The notes under the pieces were generated by a model, which worked only from the letters and a program-made list of their open reading frames with translations, was not told the origin of the DNA and made no database searches. A stretch of DNA of 64,000 bases from a virus (Duplodnaviria; Caudoviricetes). Both the position numbers and the translations under genes were made by a program. The stretch is from IMG/VR virus record IMGVR_UViG_3300021085_002857, positions 1 through 64,000 of that record. The stretch is one strand, 5' to 3'. Positions 1 to 8,829 of the stretch are shown one piece after another (the stretch's first letter is position 1; each line of letters begins with the position of its first letter).

Positions 1-2
1 TA

Positions 3-593
3 GTGAATAAAATGATGAATGTATACTCAGAACTTTACTTTATAATATTATTACTATTTGCATTAGGTTCAACAACCATATATGCACTAATAATATCTAG
101 AAGAAATTATTTAATGGTGTTTATACTGACACCATTATTGCTTGTTAGCACAATATATAGTTCTAATATTATCTTAGCACTACTAGGTTCGCCTATTAAA
201 GGATTTCCTGTAAATGAAACTGTAGAAATTAAATGGGTAGAAGTTGCAGACCCTGTAATTTATTTTGTTGCGTTAGATACTTCATTATCAGATACAAGAC
301 CAAAATATTATGTAGTACCTTATACTAAACAAAATCGAGATACTATGCAGGAACTTAAGAAAAGATTAGAAAATGGCAGGCAGACTCAGGGCGAATTTAA
401 AATTAAAAATAAAGGTGGTTCGAGTGAGAGTAAGCAGAAAGATTTATATGAATTCCATCCTACTGGGCTAGATGGACCAATGAAGACAGTCACAGTAAAA
501 AAAAAGCCTAACATTCATGCCACCCCCATGACATTTAGGGAACTACAAAGAAGAAGATTGCTATCAGGAAACACAGGTGTACATCCAGAATGA
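3..593 (+). CDS. hypothetical membrane protein (two N-terminal TM helices)
   Basis: 196-aa ORF with two hydrophobic stretches in the first 65 aa; start uncertain (window edge). Confidence 0.6.
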   Translation: MNKMMNVYSELYFIILLLFALGSTTIYALIISRRNYLMVFILTPLLLVSTIYSSNIILALLGSPIKGFPVNETVEIKWVEVADPVIYFVALDTSLSDTRPKYYVVPYTKQNRDTMQELKKRLENGRQTQGEFKIKNKGGSSESKQKDLYEFHPTGLDGPMKTVTVKKKPNIHATPMTFRELQRRRLLSGNTGVHPE

Positions 594-742
594 TTAGGAA
601 AATTATAAATTTTTTTAGCAAACCACATATACCCACAGTTTATAAAGATGGGTATAAAATAGAATTTTATTTGTCTACTATTGGTTCTGGTAGAGGAGGA
701 ATACCTTTGTTATACAAGGTACGTAGAAAAGATAAAGAGTAG
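590..742 (+). CDS. small hypothetical protein (50 aa, MIRKIINFFSKPH...)
   Basis: Hand-translated; ATGA overlap with the upstream stop, fills the gap before 750. Confidence 0.5.
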   Translation: MIRKIINFFSKPHIPTVYKDGYKIEFYLSTIGSGRGGIPLLYKVRRKDKE

Positions 743-749
743 AATATAA

Positions 750-998
750 ATGCTTTTAGAACCTATAATACAAATAAAAAGAGAGATAGATTATATCAAA
801 AGTAATGAAGCAGATAAAGTTTTGGACGGCTTTCAACGGAGCCAATACAAAATTCAGTTGCTGGATTTATATTGGCATTTGCAAGATATAATAGATCAAT
901 GTGATATATATGAAGGCGAAGATGAATGGTATGAGGCAAGGGAACAAGATATGTTTATTAACAAAATAAGTGGTAAAAATAGTTATAGGAAAACGTAA
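750..998 (+). CDS. hypothetical protein
   Basis: 82-aa ORF, TAATG coupling to next gene. Confidence 0.65.
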   Translation: MLLEPIIQIKREIDYIKSNEADKVLDGFQRSQYKIQLLDLYWHLQDIIDQCDIYEGEDEWYEAREQDMFINKISGKNSYRKT

Positions 999-1183
999 TG
1001 AGTGCATGGTTAGCATATGTAGAAGCCGCGGCTAAAGAGGCTCGTGAAAAAGATGAAGCTAATGGAATAGATTGGGAGCGAGATGGCTTGCCTAAAGGTG
1101 CTCCGTTTATGGTATGTGTAAGAAGAACACGTATTTTATTTAAAAAAATTAAAAAAAAGTTGAAAAAAATTACAACCTATTGA
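998..1183 (+). CDS. hypothetical protein
   Basis: 61-aa ORF coupled to upstream stop. Confidence 0.55.
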   Translation: MSAWLAYVEAAAKEAREKDEANGIDWERDGLPKGAPFMVCVRRTRILFKKIKKKLKKITTY

Positions 1184-1213
1184 AAACAAAGCGAATTTAG
1201 GTTCGCTTTTTTC

Positions 1214-1256
1214 TTGACAACCAATGCGTCTTACTTTAGAGTATAAGAGTAAGTTA
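1214..1256 (+). promoter_or_regulatory. sigma70-type early promoter with downstream GTAAGTTA box
   Basis: TTGACA 1214-1219, 17-nt spacer, TAGAGT 1237-1242, GTAAGTTA 1249-1256; same geometry at three other loci. Confidence 0.8.
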
Positions 1257-1273
1257 AGCAAAAGGAAGTAATT

Positions 1274-1594
1274 ATGCAAGTAGCAGTTATTCATAAAGCG
1301 TTCGAAGATACACCACGTACAGTAGCATTTGTTGATGTTGCTGATGATATGAAAGTAGAAGAAGCACTTGAGTATGCTTATCGTTGGACTAACAACGTAA
1401 TGGGTTCTTGGAGCCGTAAAGAACAAACATTTGATAATGGTGAAGCAAATGGAGACTACAATCCTAACGTAAAAGTGATGGCACCACTACATGAAGGTGG
1501 TATGGGATTGCGATCAACCTCAATGGGTGACCAGATGCTTGTTGGTACTACACTGTACGAAGTTGCAATGATGGGTTTTGAGGAGGTTGTATAA
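1274..1594 (+). CDS. hypothetical early phage protein
   Basis: 106 aa, AAGGA RBS, directly behind early promoter. Confidence 0.8.
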   Translation: MQVAVIHKAFEDTPRTVAFVDVADDMKVEEALEYAYRWTNNVMGSWSRKEQTFDNGEANGDYNPNVKVMAPLHEGGMGLRSTSMGDQMLVGTTLYEVAMMGFEEVV

Positions 1595-1728
1595 TGTTTA
1601 GTCAAACAATCGAATGGAACACAGGTGCAATTATTGGAACTGCAATTGCAGGTGCCTTTATAACATCACAGATTTGGTTTATAGGCAAGTATGTACTTGC
1701 ACTAGGACATTTGGGCATGTTGTTTTGA
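1594..1728 (+). CDS. small hydrophobic protein (44 aa, MFSQTIEWNTGAIIG...)
   Basis: Hand-translated; GAGGAGG RBS, TAATG coupling. Confidence 0.55.
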   Translation: MFSQTIEWNTGAIIGTAIAGAFITSQIWFIGKYVLALGHLGMLF

Positions 1729-1880
1729 TTAAATGTTGGAGAATTTATTGTGGTGATGTTTTTCTTGGTTATGAATATTCTGATGATAGCAATGGTGCTA
1801 TCCTCAGATCACTTGCAAAAGGTGGCGTTGCAAGTCAATATGGTGTAAAGGTCACTGAACTAGAAGCGAGATCTGTGTAA
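1725..1880 (+). CDS. small hypothetical protein (probable TTG start within ORF 1614-1880)
   Basis: TTGA overlap with upstream stop; TAATG coupling downstream. Confidence 0.45.
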   Translation: MIKCWRIYCGDVFLGYEYSDDSNGAILRSLAKGGVASQYGVKVTELEARSV

Positions 1881-2386
1881 TGAGTATACTAATAGATAGA
1901 GCAAAGTTTTTTGCAGAAGTGGCCCATGCAGGTCAGACTCGCAAATACTCTAATGACCCATACATAACACATCCTATTCGTGTTAGTGAAATAGTTGCTC
2001 ATAATGGTGGAACTGATGACATGGTTGCGGCTGCTCTACTACATGATGTGGTAGAGGATACTCCTGTAACTCATGATGAGATACGTATAAAGTTTGGTAC
2101 TGTTGTGGGTGATCTAGTATTTGGATTAACTGATGTGGATTTATCCAAAGGAAATCGTAAAACTCGTAAAGCCTTGGATAGAGACAGGATAGCAAATGCT
2201 AGTGCTGACGTACAGCTAATAAAACTAGCTGACTTTATAGACAACACTGGTAGTATAGTACGTAATGATCCAAATTTTGCCCAGCTATATTTGCAGGAAA
2301 AGTCGCAAATGCTCGAGGTAATGGATAAAGTCAAGGATCATCCATTATTTAGAATAGCAAGTATTCCTATTGCAGAGGCGGCATGA
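1880..2386 (+). CDS. HD-domain protein, (p)ppGpp hydrolase-like (small alarmone hydrolase/Mesh1 type)
   Basis: HAGQTRK, PYITHP, AALLHDVVEDT, IKLADxxDN motifs of the RelA/SpoT HD domain. Confidence 0.85.
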   Translation: MSILIDRAKFFAEVAHAGQTRKYSNDPYITHPIRVSEIVAHNGGTDDMVAAALLHDVVEDTPVTHDEIRIKFGTVVGDLVFGLTDVDLSKGNRKTRKALDRDRIANASADVQLIKLADFIDNTGSIVRNDPNFAQLYLQEKSQMLEVMDKVKDHPLFRIASIPIAEAA

Positions 2387-2631
2387 AAAGTATTAGCAAA
2401 CAAGTAGGTTTGGATATTGCTGACAAACTTTTGGATAGAGAAGAGAATGGAAGTCCCTATGATAGAGGCGGTGCAGACAGTTACTATCGTAGGGACTTTG
2501 ATCCTCACTGGTATCCTTTGGGAACATATATTGGGGATAGAGTTGAACTACATGATATGACACAATATGAGATAGATTCATATACTGCTGGATTTAAAGA
2601 TAATGAAGATGCAGGTTTTTTTAAATATTGA
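2383..2631 (+). CDS. hypothetical phage protein
   Basis: 82 aa, ATGA overlap. Confidence 0.7.
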   Translation: MKSISKQVGLDIADKLLDREENGSPYDRGGADSYYRRDFDPHWYPLGTYIGDRVELHDMTQYEIDSYTAGFKDNEDAGFFKY

Positions 2632-2633
2632 TA

Positions 2634-2662
2634 TTGACTAAATCCAAGAATTGCTGTATTAT
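2634..2662 (+). promoter_or_regulatory. sigma70-type promoter, probably giving a leaderless transcript
   Basis: TTGACT-N17-TATTAT, ATG 5 nt after the -10 box. Confidence 0.5.
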
Positions 2663-2667
2663 AAGTT

Positions 2668-3021
2668 ATGCTGTATAAATTTTCAAATGAAAACCGAACT
2701 ATTGAAATAGATGAGGACGATCTAAAAAATATAGATGTTATCGTCTGCTATCTGGTCTTAGTGCTGGTGTATAAAACTAAAAACAGGTCTACTCCTCCAA
2801 TAATGGATCTAAATGATGCACCTAGTGATATTACAGATGATAAAAAACGTTGGTTTTATATCTTGGCTGAAATCGAATGGACATGTAATCACATTTGCTA
2901 TCAAGCCAATGAGAATAATCTTATAATTAAAGACAATGTGTTGGATCTTATGAAATACGAAGACAGAATACAAAATGGCCTAAGATTAGTTTCGAGATAT
3001 TTAAGGGAGATGAGTTTATGA
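2668..3021 (+). CDS. hypothetical protein
   Basis: 117-aa ORF. Confidence 0.65.
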   Translation: MLYKFSNENRTIEIDEDDLKNIDVIVCYLVLVLVYKTKNRSTPPIMDLNDAPSDITDDKKRWFYILAEIEWTCNHICYQANENNLIIKDNVLDLMKYEDRIQNGLRLVSRYLREMSL

Positions 3022-3389
3022 AAGTTACTATAGGTCCATATAAAGATGATGCAGATGACAGACAAATAGATGTGCATATTGACAATTGGGATAGTTATAG
3101 TTTAGATGAAACTTTATCTCATATCATATATCCATGTCTTGTTCAATTAAAAGAAGTAAACACAGGATACCCTGAAAGTCTTACAGAAGAAAAATGGAAC
3201 GAAATATTAGATAAAATGATTTGTGCATTTGAAATAAAATCTAAACATTTTGATAGTTTTGATGCATGCCAATCACAGTGTGATGATTTGTACTCAGAAC
3301 CATGTAAGAAGTGTATGGATGAAACAGAAGAAAAAATGAAAGAAGGGTTCGAGCTCTTTGGAAAATATTACGGAGATTTATGGTGGTGA
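3018..3389 (+). CDS. hypothetical phage protein
   Basis: 123 aa, ATGA overlap, ends ...LFGKYYGDLWW. Confidence 0.7.
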   Translation: MKVTIGPYKDDADDRQIDVHIDNWDSYSLDETLSHIIYPCLVQLKEVNTGYPESLTEEKWNEILDKMICAFEIKSKHFDSFDACQSQCDDLYSEPCKKCMDETEEKMKEGFELFGKYYGDLWW

Positions 3390-3580
3390 TACACGACACA
3401 AAAAGAGTAAATGATAAAAAATGGATTTTAACTGTACAAGAAAATGGAAAAACAAAAGAACTCTATATTGAGTTCCCCCAAGATGTACTTGATCAAGTTG
3501 GTTGGTCTGAAGGAGATGATCTTGAATGGATAGAAAACAAGGATGGTAGCTGGGCTATAACCAAAAAAGAAAATAAATAA
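3380..3580 (+). CDS. AbrB/MazE-like small DNA-binding protein
   Basis: IEFPQDVLDQVGWSEGDDLEW swapped-hairpin pattern. Confidence 0.6.
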   Translation: MVVIHDTKRVNDKKWILTVQENGKTKELYIEFPQDVLDQVGWSEGDDLEWIENKDGSWAITKKENK

Positions 3581-3584
3581 TCGT

Positions 3585-4136
3585 ATGAATATATGGTTAA
3601 TCAGTGACACTCATTTCAATCATGAACAGATGATGTATTTTCGTGACTGGGCGGGCAATTTAACTAGGCCTGGATTTGAAAATGTTGATGAAATGAACGA
3701 ATATATGATAGATAACTGGAATAGTGTAGTTAAGCCTGGAGATAAGGTATATCATTTAGGAGATGTGGTGTTTGGATTAAACAAAGTTAGTTGGATGGAA
3801 AATAATTGGAAAAGGTTAAATGGATTTAAGTATTTAATTGCAGGTAACCATGATAATATTCCAATGATATGTGCTTACCAGTGGTTTCAATCAGTAGAGA
3901 TATGGCATCATTTCAAAGACTTTAATATTTTAGCCACACACGTACCTTTACACAAAGGAGGATTGTCAAGACCAATAAATGCAGATGGAAAAACAAGTGC
4001 TGAAAATTTAATTTGGCAAGATGCAATAAATGTACATGGTCATATACACAGTAATCCTAGTCCAGATGGTCCATATCGTAATGTTAGCGTGGAACAAATC
4101 AATTACACCCCTATTAATATTGAGGATATAAAATGA
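3585..4136 (+). CDS. calcineurin-like metallophosphoesterase
   Basis: SDTHF, HLGD, GNHD, HGHIH motifs. Confidence 0.9.
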   Translation: MNIWLISDTHFNHEQMMYFRDWAGNLTRPGFENVDEMNEYMIDNWNSVVKPGDKVYHLGDVVFGLNKVSWMENNWKRLNGFKYLIAGNHDNIPMICAYQWFQSVEIWHHFKDFNILATHVPLHKGGLSRPINADGKTSAENLIWQDAINVHGHIHSNPSPDGPYRNVSVEQINYTPINIEDIK

Positions 4137-4441
4137 ACATAGGCGTTGATATTGTGTCTATTAACAGAATTAAAAATTTATTTGAAAAATATGGTACTAA
4201 GTTTACCAATAAGTTTTTAACAGAATCAGAGAAGCAAAAAGAGTTAACACCAGAGTATATATCCAAATGCTGGGCAGTTAAAGAAGCTTCAATCAAAGCA
4301 AGCGGCATTACAAATGCTAAAAAGTTTGCATACGGAAAAAAAGGTAAACAACCTATTGTTATTACAGATATAGAAGGTATATGGAACCTAAGTGTATCAG
4401 ACGAAAAAGAATATGCAGTAGCAATGGTAGTTAAACATTAG
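4133..4441 (+). CDS. acpS: holo-ACP synthase (4'-phosphopantetheinyl transferase, AcpS type)
   Basis: IGVDIV, WAVKEAxIKA, LSVSDExxYAVA motifs. Confidence 0.85.
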   Translation: MNIGVDIVSINRIKNLFEKYGTKFTNKFLTESEKQKELTPEYISKCWAVKEASIKASGITNAKKFAYGKKGKQPIVITDIEGIWNLSVSDEKEYAVAMVVKH

Positions 4442-4453
4442 TAAGGAAATAAA

Positions 4454-4684
4454 ATGGCATTTGAATGGAATAAAATACACAAGTTTGAAGAATCTTTTGA
4501 GCGTGAGATTATTGACTCTGTAGAAGACTATATTATGGACTATTATGATATAATAGAATTACACGAACTTACTGAAGAACAAGTAAATGAAATTAAAACA
4601 TTTACAGAAGAATTAAACGAGTACAGTGTTATGCAGGTTGGCTTAAATAATATCTTAATGAGATGGGACGATATGAATGAATAA
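4454..4684 (+). CDS. acidic hypothetical protein
   Basis: 76 aa, AAGGA RBS. Confidence 0.7.
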   Translation: MAFEWNKIHKFEESFEREIIDSVEDYIMDYYDIIELHELTEEQVNEIKTFTEELNEYSVMQVGLNNILMRWDDMNE

Positions 4685-4958
4685 AATTATTAATTTTTTT
4701 AAAACAAGTTATAGGAATGATCCAACTGCGACAGTTGTAGAAGCATTTGAAACTGTAATTCTAGTAGCGGCAAGTGCTACACTTAGTTTTACTGTATTAG
4801 ATCCTGCCACACATATCTTTATACCATTGTATTTTGTAGGCAGTATCTGTGCAATGTTTAGCACATGGAGAAGAAAAAGCACAGCATTCCTGCTATGTTG
4901 TTGGTTTACAGCCATGAATTCATTTGCCCTAGTAACATTGATTTGGAATGCCTTATGA
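4677..4958 (+). CDS. hypothetical membrane protein
   Basis: 93 aa, three hydrophobic segments. Confidence 0.7.
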   Translation: MNKIINFFKTSYRNDPTATVVEAFETVILVAASATLSFTVLDPATHIFIPLYFVGSICAMFSTWRRKSTAFLLCCWFTAMNSFALVTLIWNAL

Positions 4959-5686
4959 TATACTTATTTGACGTTGATGGAACCCTAACACCAAGCAGAA
5001 AAGGCATTGATAAAAAATTTGCTGTTTGGTTTAGCAAGTTCTGTGAACGTGAAAAAGTGTATATTGTTACTGGCAGTGACAGGCCCAAGACAATAGAACA
5101 AATTGGACATGTAATATACAACAGATGTAGAGGTGTTTATCAATGTAGTGGTAGTCAATACTGGATTAAAGAAGCATTAATGCGGTCAAGCAATTGGGTG
5201 TTGCCAGATATTGCTAGACAATTTTTATTACAGTGTTTATATGAAGAAAATTTTCATATAAGGACTGGATTGCACATTGAAACTCGTCCTGGAATGGTGA
5301 ACTATAGTGTACTAGGACGCAATGGTACTCCAGAGCAACGAGCAAAATTTATAGAATACGATAAAAAGACAAATAGTAGGAAAAAAACTGCAGACGCATT
5401 TAATACTCTCTTTCCAGATTTACAGGCAACTATTGGAGGCGAAACTGGATTAGATATCGCACCAAAAGGAGCAGATAAAGGTCAAATTATTAAAGACTTT
5501 GCAAAGACAAGTGAAATAACCTTCTTTGGTGATGCGATGTTTGAGGGTGGCAATGATTATGCACTAAAAGTAGCATTAGAGAATGGTAATTTTAGTAAAG
5601 TGAAATGTATTGAGGTAAATACATGGCAAGAAACATGGGAACACCTTAAGGAAGAACAAAGTGATAAATTTAATTATAGCGTGTGA
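4955..5686 (+). CDS. HAD-IIB hydrolase, phosphomannomutase-like
   Basis: LFDVDGTLTP, VTGSD, RxGMxNxSxxGR, GGxxxxDIxPxGxDK, FFGDxxxxGGND; start reassigned to ATG 4955. Confidence 0.8.
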   Translation: MIYLFDVDGTLTPSRKGIDKKFAVWFSKFCEREKVYIVTGSDRPKTIEQIGHVIYNRCRGVYQCSGSQYWIKEALMRSSNWVLPDIARQFLLQCLYEENFHIRTGLHIETRPGMVNYSVLGRNGTPEQRAKFIEYDKKTNSRKKTADAFNTLFPDLQATIGGETGLDIAPKGADKGQIIKDFAKTSEITFFGDAMFEGGNDYALKVALENGNFSKVKCIEVNTWQETWEHLKEEQSDKFNYSV

Positions 5687-6167
5687 TGCAAAAGGCGGCA
5701 TTGCAAGCAACGGAACATTGCCATGGCCTAAAAATTCTAAGGATTTGGCCTGGTTTAAAAGACATACTAGTCAGTGTACAGTAATAATGGGAAGCAAGAC
5801 ATGGCAAGATCCATTTATGCCTAGTCCTTTGCCTTCTAGATATAATGTAGTAGTGACAACACGTCCAGAAGACAACGAGGGTGCAGATGAATATATTTCT
5901 GGTGACATACTGAAAGAATTATTACGTATTGAACAAGAAAGGGCTGACGAAAATAGACCTATTTGGGTTATAGGAGGTGCTGATATTGTAAAGCAAGTGA
6001 TTCCTCACATAGATAGAATTTACTTAACTATTATGGACAAAGAATACAAATGTGATACGTTTATACCTTTGAAGGATATATTACGGACGCATACAGAACT
6101 AGCAAGTGAGTCAGCAGAGGGCATGACAGTAAAAATACTAGAAAAATTTAGTACAGGATTAAAATGA
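5661..6167 (+). CDS. folA: dihydrofolate reductase
   Basis: GGIAxNGTLPW, DLAWFK, VIMGxKTW, PLPxRxN, VIGGA, CDTF. Confidence 0.95.
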   Translation: MINLIIACDAKGGIASNGTLPWPKNSKDLAWFKRHTSQCTVIMGSKTWQDPFMPSPLPSRYNVVVTTRPEDNEGADEYISGDILKELLRIEQERADENRPIWVIGGADIVKQVIPHIDRIYLTIMDKEYKCDTFIPLKDILRTHTELASESAEGMTVKILEKFSTGLK

Positions 6168-7060
6168 AACAATATTTAGATGCATTACAATATATTTTAG
6201 ATAGTGGAGAAGATGTCTCAGATAGAACAGGAGTAGGTACTAAAAGTGTATTTGGTTATCAAATGCGTTTTAATCTACAACAAGGTTTTCCAGCGGTAAC
6301 AACTAAAAAACTAGCCTGGCGTAGCGTAGTGGGAGAACTACTATGGTTTTTAGAGGGCAGCACTGATGAGAGACGATTAGCAGAGATCACGTTTGAGAAA
6401 GATCGAGAAGAACTGTCGGATAAGAATACCATCTGGACTGCCAATGCCAACAAACAAGCAAAAGACTTGGGTTATGTAAAAAATGACGATGATGATTACA
6501 AACGTCTTGGACCAGTATACGGACATCAATGGCGCAACTTTGACGGAGAGTATTGGGTTGGTACACCGCATCTCCAAGGTACAGACCAGATTAGCTGGAT
6601 TATTAATGAGATTAAAACTAATCCAGATAGTCGACGTATTATACTAAGTGCTTGGAACCCTAATCAACTTGATAAAATGGCATTGCCTCCTTGTCATACA
6701 CTAGCACAGTTTAGGGTAATGAACGGCACACTGAGCTGTCAGCTCTATCAGAGAAGCGCAGACATGTTTCTAGGCGTGCCTTTTAACATTGCAAGCTATA
6801 GCCTGTTAACACACATGCTTGCACAAATATGCAATCTAAAAGTAGGAAATTTTATATGGACTGGAGGAGATTGTCATATATATCAAAATCATATGTCACA
6901 AGTTACTCAGCAATTACAACGTCAACCACACGAAAAAATACCCTTCCTCGTAATGCCCAGATTTGACAGTTTGGAAGAAGTGTTAAATACAAGTACAAGC
7001 AATTATGAGCTGTTAGGGTATAACCCTATGCCAAGCATTAAAGCGGAAATGGCAGTATAG
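6164..7060 (+). CDS. thyA: thymidylate synthase
   Basis: DRTGVGT, LGPVYG, ALPPCH, YQRSADMFLGVPFNIASY. Confidence 0.97.
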   Translation: MKQYLDALQYILDSGEDVSDRTGVGTKSVFGYQMRFNLQQGFPAVTTKKLAWRSVVGELLWFLEGSTDERRLAEITFEKDREELSDKNTIWTANANKQAKDLGYVKNDDDDYKRLGPVYGHQWRNFDGEYWVGTPHLQGTDQISWIINEIKTNPDSRRIILSAWNPNQLDKMALPPCHTLAQFRVMNGTLSCQLYQRSADMFLGVPFNIASYSLLTHMLAQICNLKVGNFIWTGGDCHIYQNHMSQVTQQLQRQPHEKIPFLVMPRFDSLEEVLNTSTSNYELLGYNPMPSIKAEMAV

Positions 7061-7069
7061 GAGATAATA

Positions 7070-7786
7070 ATGATTAGAATAAATGCTAAAATCTTACCTG
7101 ATTTAGCAAAATTTATTGAAATGCGTTATGGAATAAATGTATTAGAAAAAAAACAAGAATATCCAATTATGATGGACGCTCTATTACGTATGAGTTACTG
7201 GATAGATGAGTGTGTTTTGTCAGAATACTTTAGTGGTGGCGAGGGTTTTTGGTCTAATGAAGAAACCTTTGAAACTCGACGCACAGGAAAACGTTTAATA
7301 GATGAACTAAAAGAAATGGACGAAGCAAAAATCCTAGATATAGGTTGTGGTAATAACGATGTAAAAAAACTAGTTGGAGATAATGTATTTGGTATTGATC
7401 CTTTTAATCCAAATGCAGATGCAGCAGTAAGTGTAGAAAATTTAAAGAAAGATATTGGACAATGGGACGTAGTTTTGTGTTTGGGCAGTATTAACTTTGG
7501 AGATGAAAATACAATAACAGGACAAATACAAAAAGTTGTAAAAATGGTAAAACCAGGAGGTAAAATTTATTGGAGATGTAATCCTGGACTTATGCATAAT
7601 AATGAACATGCCAGATGGGTAGACTTTTTTCCTTGGACTCAAGACTTACTGGATGTATGGGCAGAGAAACTACATTGTGACATTCTAGAACAAGGATGGG
7701 ATCATGATGAAGATATGGACTTGCCTAACGGAAATAGAATTTATAATATTTGGCAAAAAAGAGTAGAATTGAGATCAATAGACTAA
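7070..7786 (+). CDS. class I SAM-dependent methyltransferase
   Basis: KILDIGCG, GIDPF, WDVVLCLGS, KPGG motifs. Confidence 0.8.
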   Translation: MIRINAKILPDLAKFIEMRYGINVLEKKQEYPIMMDALLRMSYWIDECVLSEYFSGGEGFWSNEETFETRRTGKRLIDELKEMDEAKILDIGCGNNDVKKLVGDNVFGIDPFNPNADAAVSVENLKKDIGQWDVVLCLGSINFGDENTITGQIQKVVKMVKPGGKIYWRCNPGLMHNNEHARWVDFFPWTQDLLDVWAEKLHCDILEQGWDHDEDMDLPNGNRIYNIWQKRVELRSID

Positions 7787-8784
7787 TGGATTGGTTGGGC
7801 AATACACATAATATTAAAGTTGAAATTACAAGTTATTGTAATGCGGCATGCCCTGGGTGCCAACGCAATCATATGGGTGGTAAAACTATAGATGAGCTAG
7901 ATTTAAAACATATGGATCTAGATCTATGGAAAAAAATACTTGTTGATACGAAAATTTTAGACTTACAAGAAATATTATTTGATGGTGCGGTGGGCGACAT
8001 GATAATGCATCCCAAGGCATTAGACTTTGTTAAAGAAGCAATGTTAGCACATCCAAAAACAGAGATATTAATTAACTCCAACGGTGGAGCAAGAAATGAA
8101 AAGTTCTGGTCAGAACTTGGATCTATGTTAAGCAAAAGAAATCATAGAATTAACTTTGCAATTGATGGTTTAGAAGATACACATCATCTACATAGAAGAA
8201 ATACAAAATTTGAATTAGTTATACGAAATATAAAAGCCTTTATAAAAGCTGGCGGCAGAGCTAGTTGGACTTTTACAGCATTTGACCATAACCTACACCA
8301 AATAGAAATAGCTAGAAAAAAAGCAATAGAGCTAGGCTTCTCATATTGGGAATTACGTGGCAGTTGTATTCCAGGTGAAGATATGGAAGTTTTAACAGAC
8401 AAAGAAGCGTATGAAATAGGAACAGACAATATTGATGAGATTAGAGAAGAGCTTGTTAAAATTGTTGAAGAGAAATATCCTATTGTAAACGACTTTGGTT
8501 GGATCGACCATAAATGTACTGCATATAGAGAAAGACAGATTCAAATTGATTGGGAAGGTAACCTTTGGCCATGTAGTTATATCTACTCAACTGAAGTTAA
8601 AACTGTACCAGAAAGAATCAGCCCATTTGGGGAAGGCAAACTAGATCATCCTAAAGACAAAATAAACTTAAAAGATAGAAGCTTTAAGGAGATCATGGAA
8701 GATATATTTTATAAAGAAATACTGCCTGATAATATAGACAGAGAATGTCTTGCTGTATGTCAGGAGCGTTGTGGGCTTGGTTAA
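7786..8784 (+). CDS. radical SAM protein with C-terminal twitch (GD-x2-MHP type)
   Basis: CNAACPGC, GDMIMHP, NSNGG, FAIDGL, IDWEGNLWPC...CxxxC; start at ATG 7786. Confidence 0.9.
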   Translation: MDWLGNTHNIKVEITSYCNAACPGCQRNHMGGKTIDELDLKHMDLDLWKKILVDTKILDLQEILFDGAVGDMIMHPKALDFVKEAMLAHPKTEILINSNGGARNEKFWSELGSMLSKRNHRINFAIDGLEDTHHLHRRNTKFELVIRNIKAFIKAGGRASWTFTAFDHNLHQIEIARKKAIELGFSYWELRGSCIPGEDMEVLTDKEAYEIGTDNIDEIREELVKIVEEKYPIVNDFGWIDHKCTAYRERQIQIDWEGNLWPCSYIYSTEVKTVPERISPFGEGKLDHPKDKINLKDRSFKEIMEDIFYKEILPDNIDRECLAVCQERCGLG

Positions 8785-8792
8785 TATGCCAT

Positions 8793-8824
8793 TTCTCCAA
8801 CTAAATACTAGTGAATTTGGAGAA
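8793..8824 (+). promoter_or_regulatory. RBS-sequestering hairpin enclosing a late-promoter-like TAAATA
   Basis: TTCTCCAA 8793-8800 / TTGGAGAA 8817-8824 inverted repeat; TAAATA 8802-8807 in the loop; GGAG is the htrA RBS. Confidence 0.6.
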
Positions 8825-8829
8825 GAACT

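Noticed and set aside
4454-4684. Acyl carrier protein next to acpS
   Set aside because: Small and acidic, but IIDSV lacks the GxDSL context and lies too near the N-terminus.
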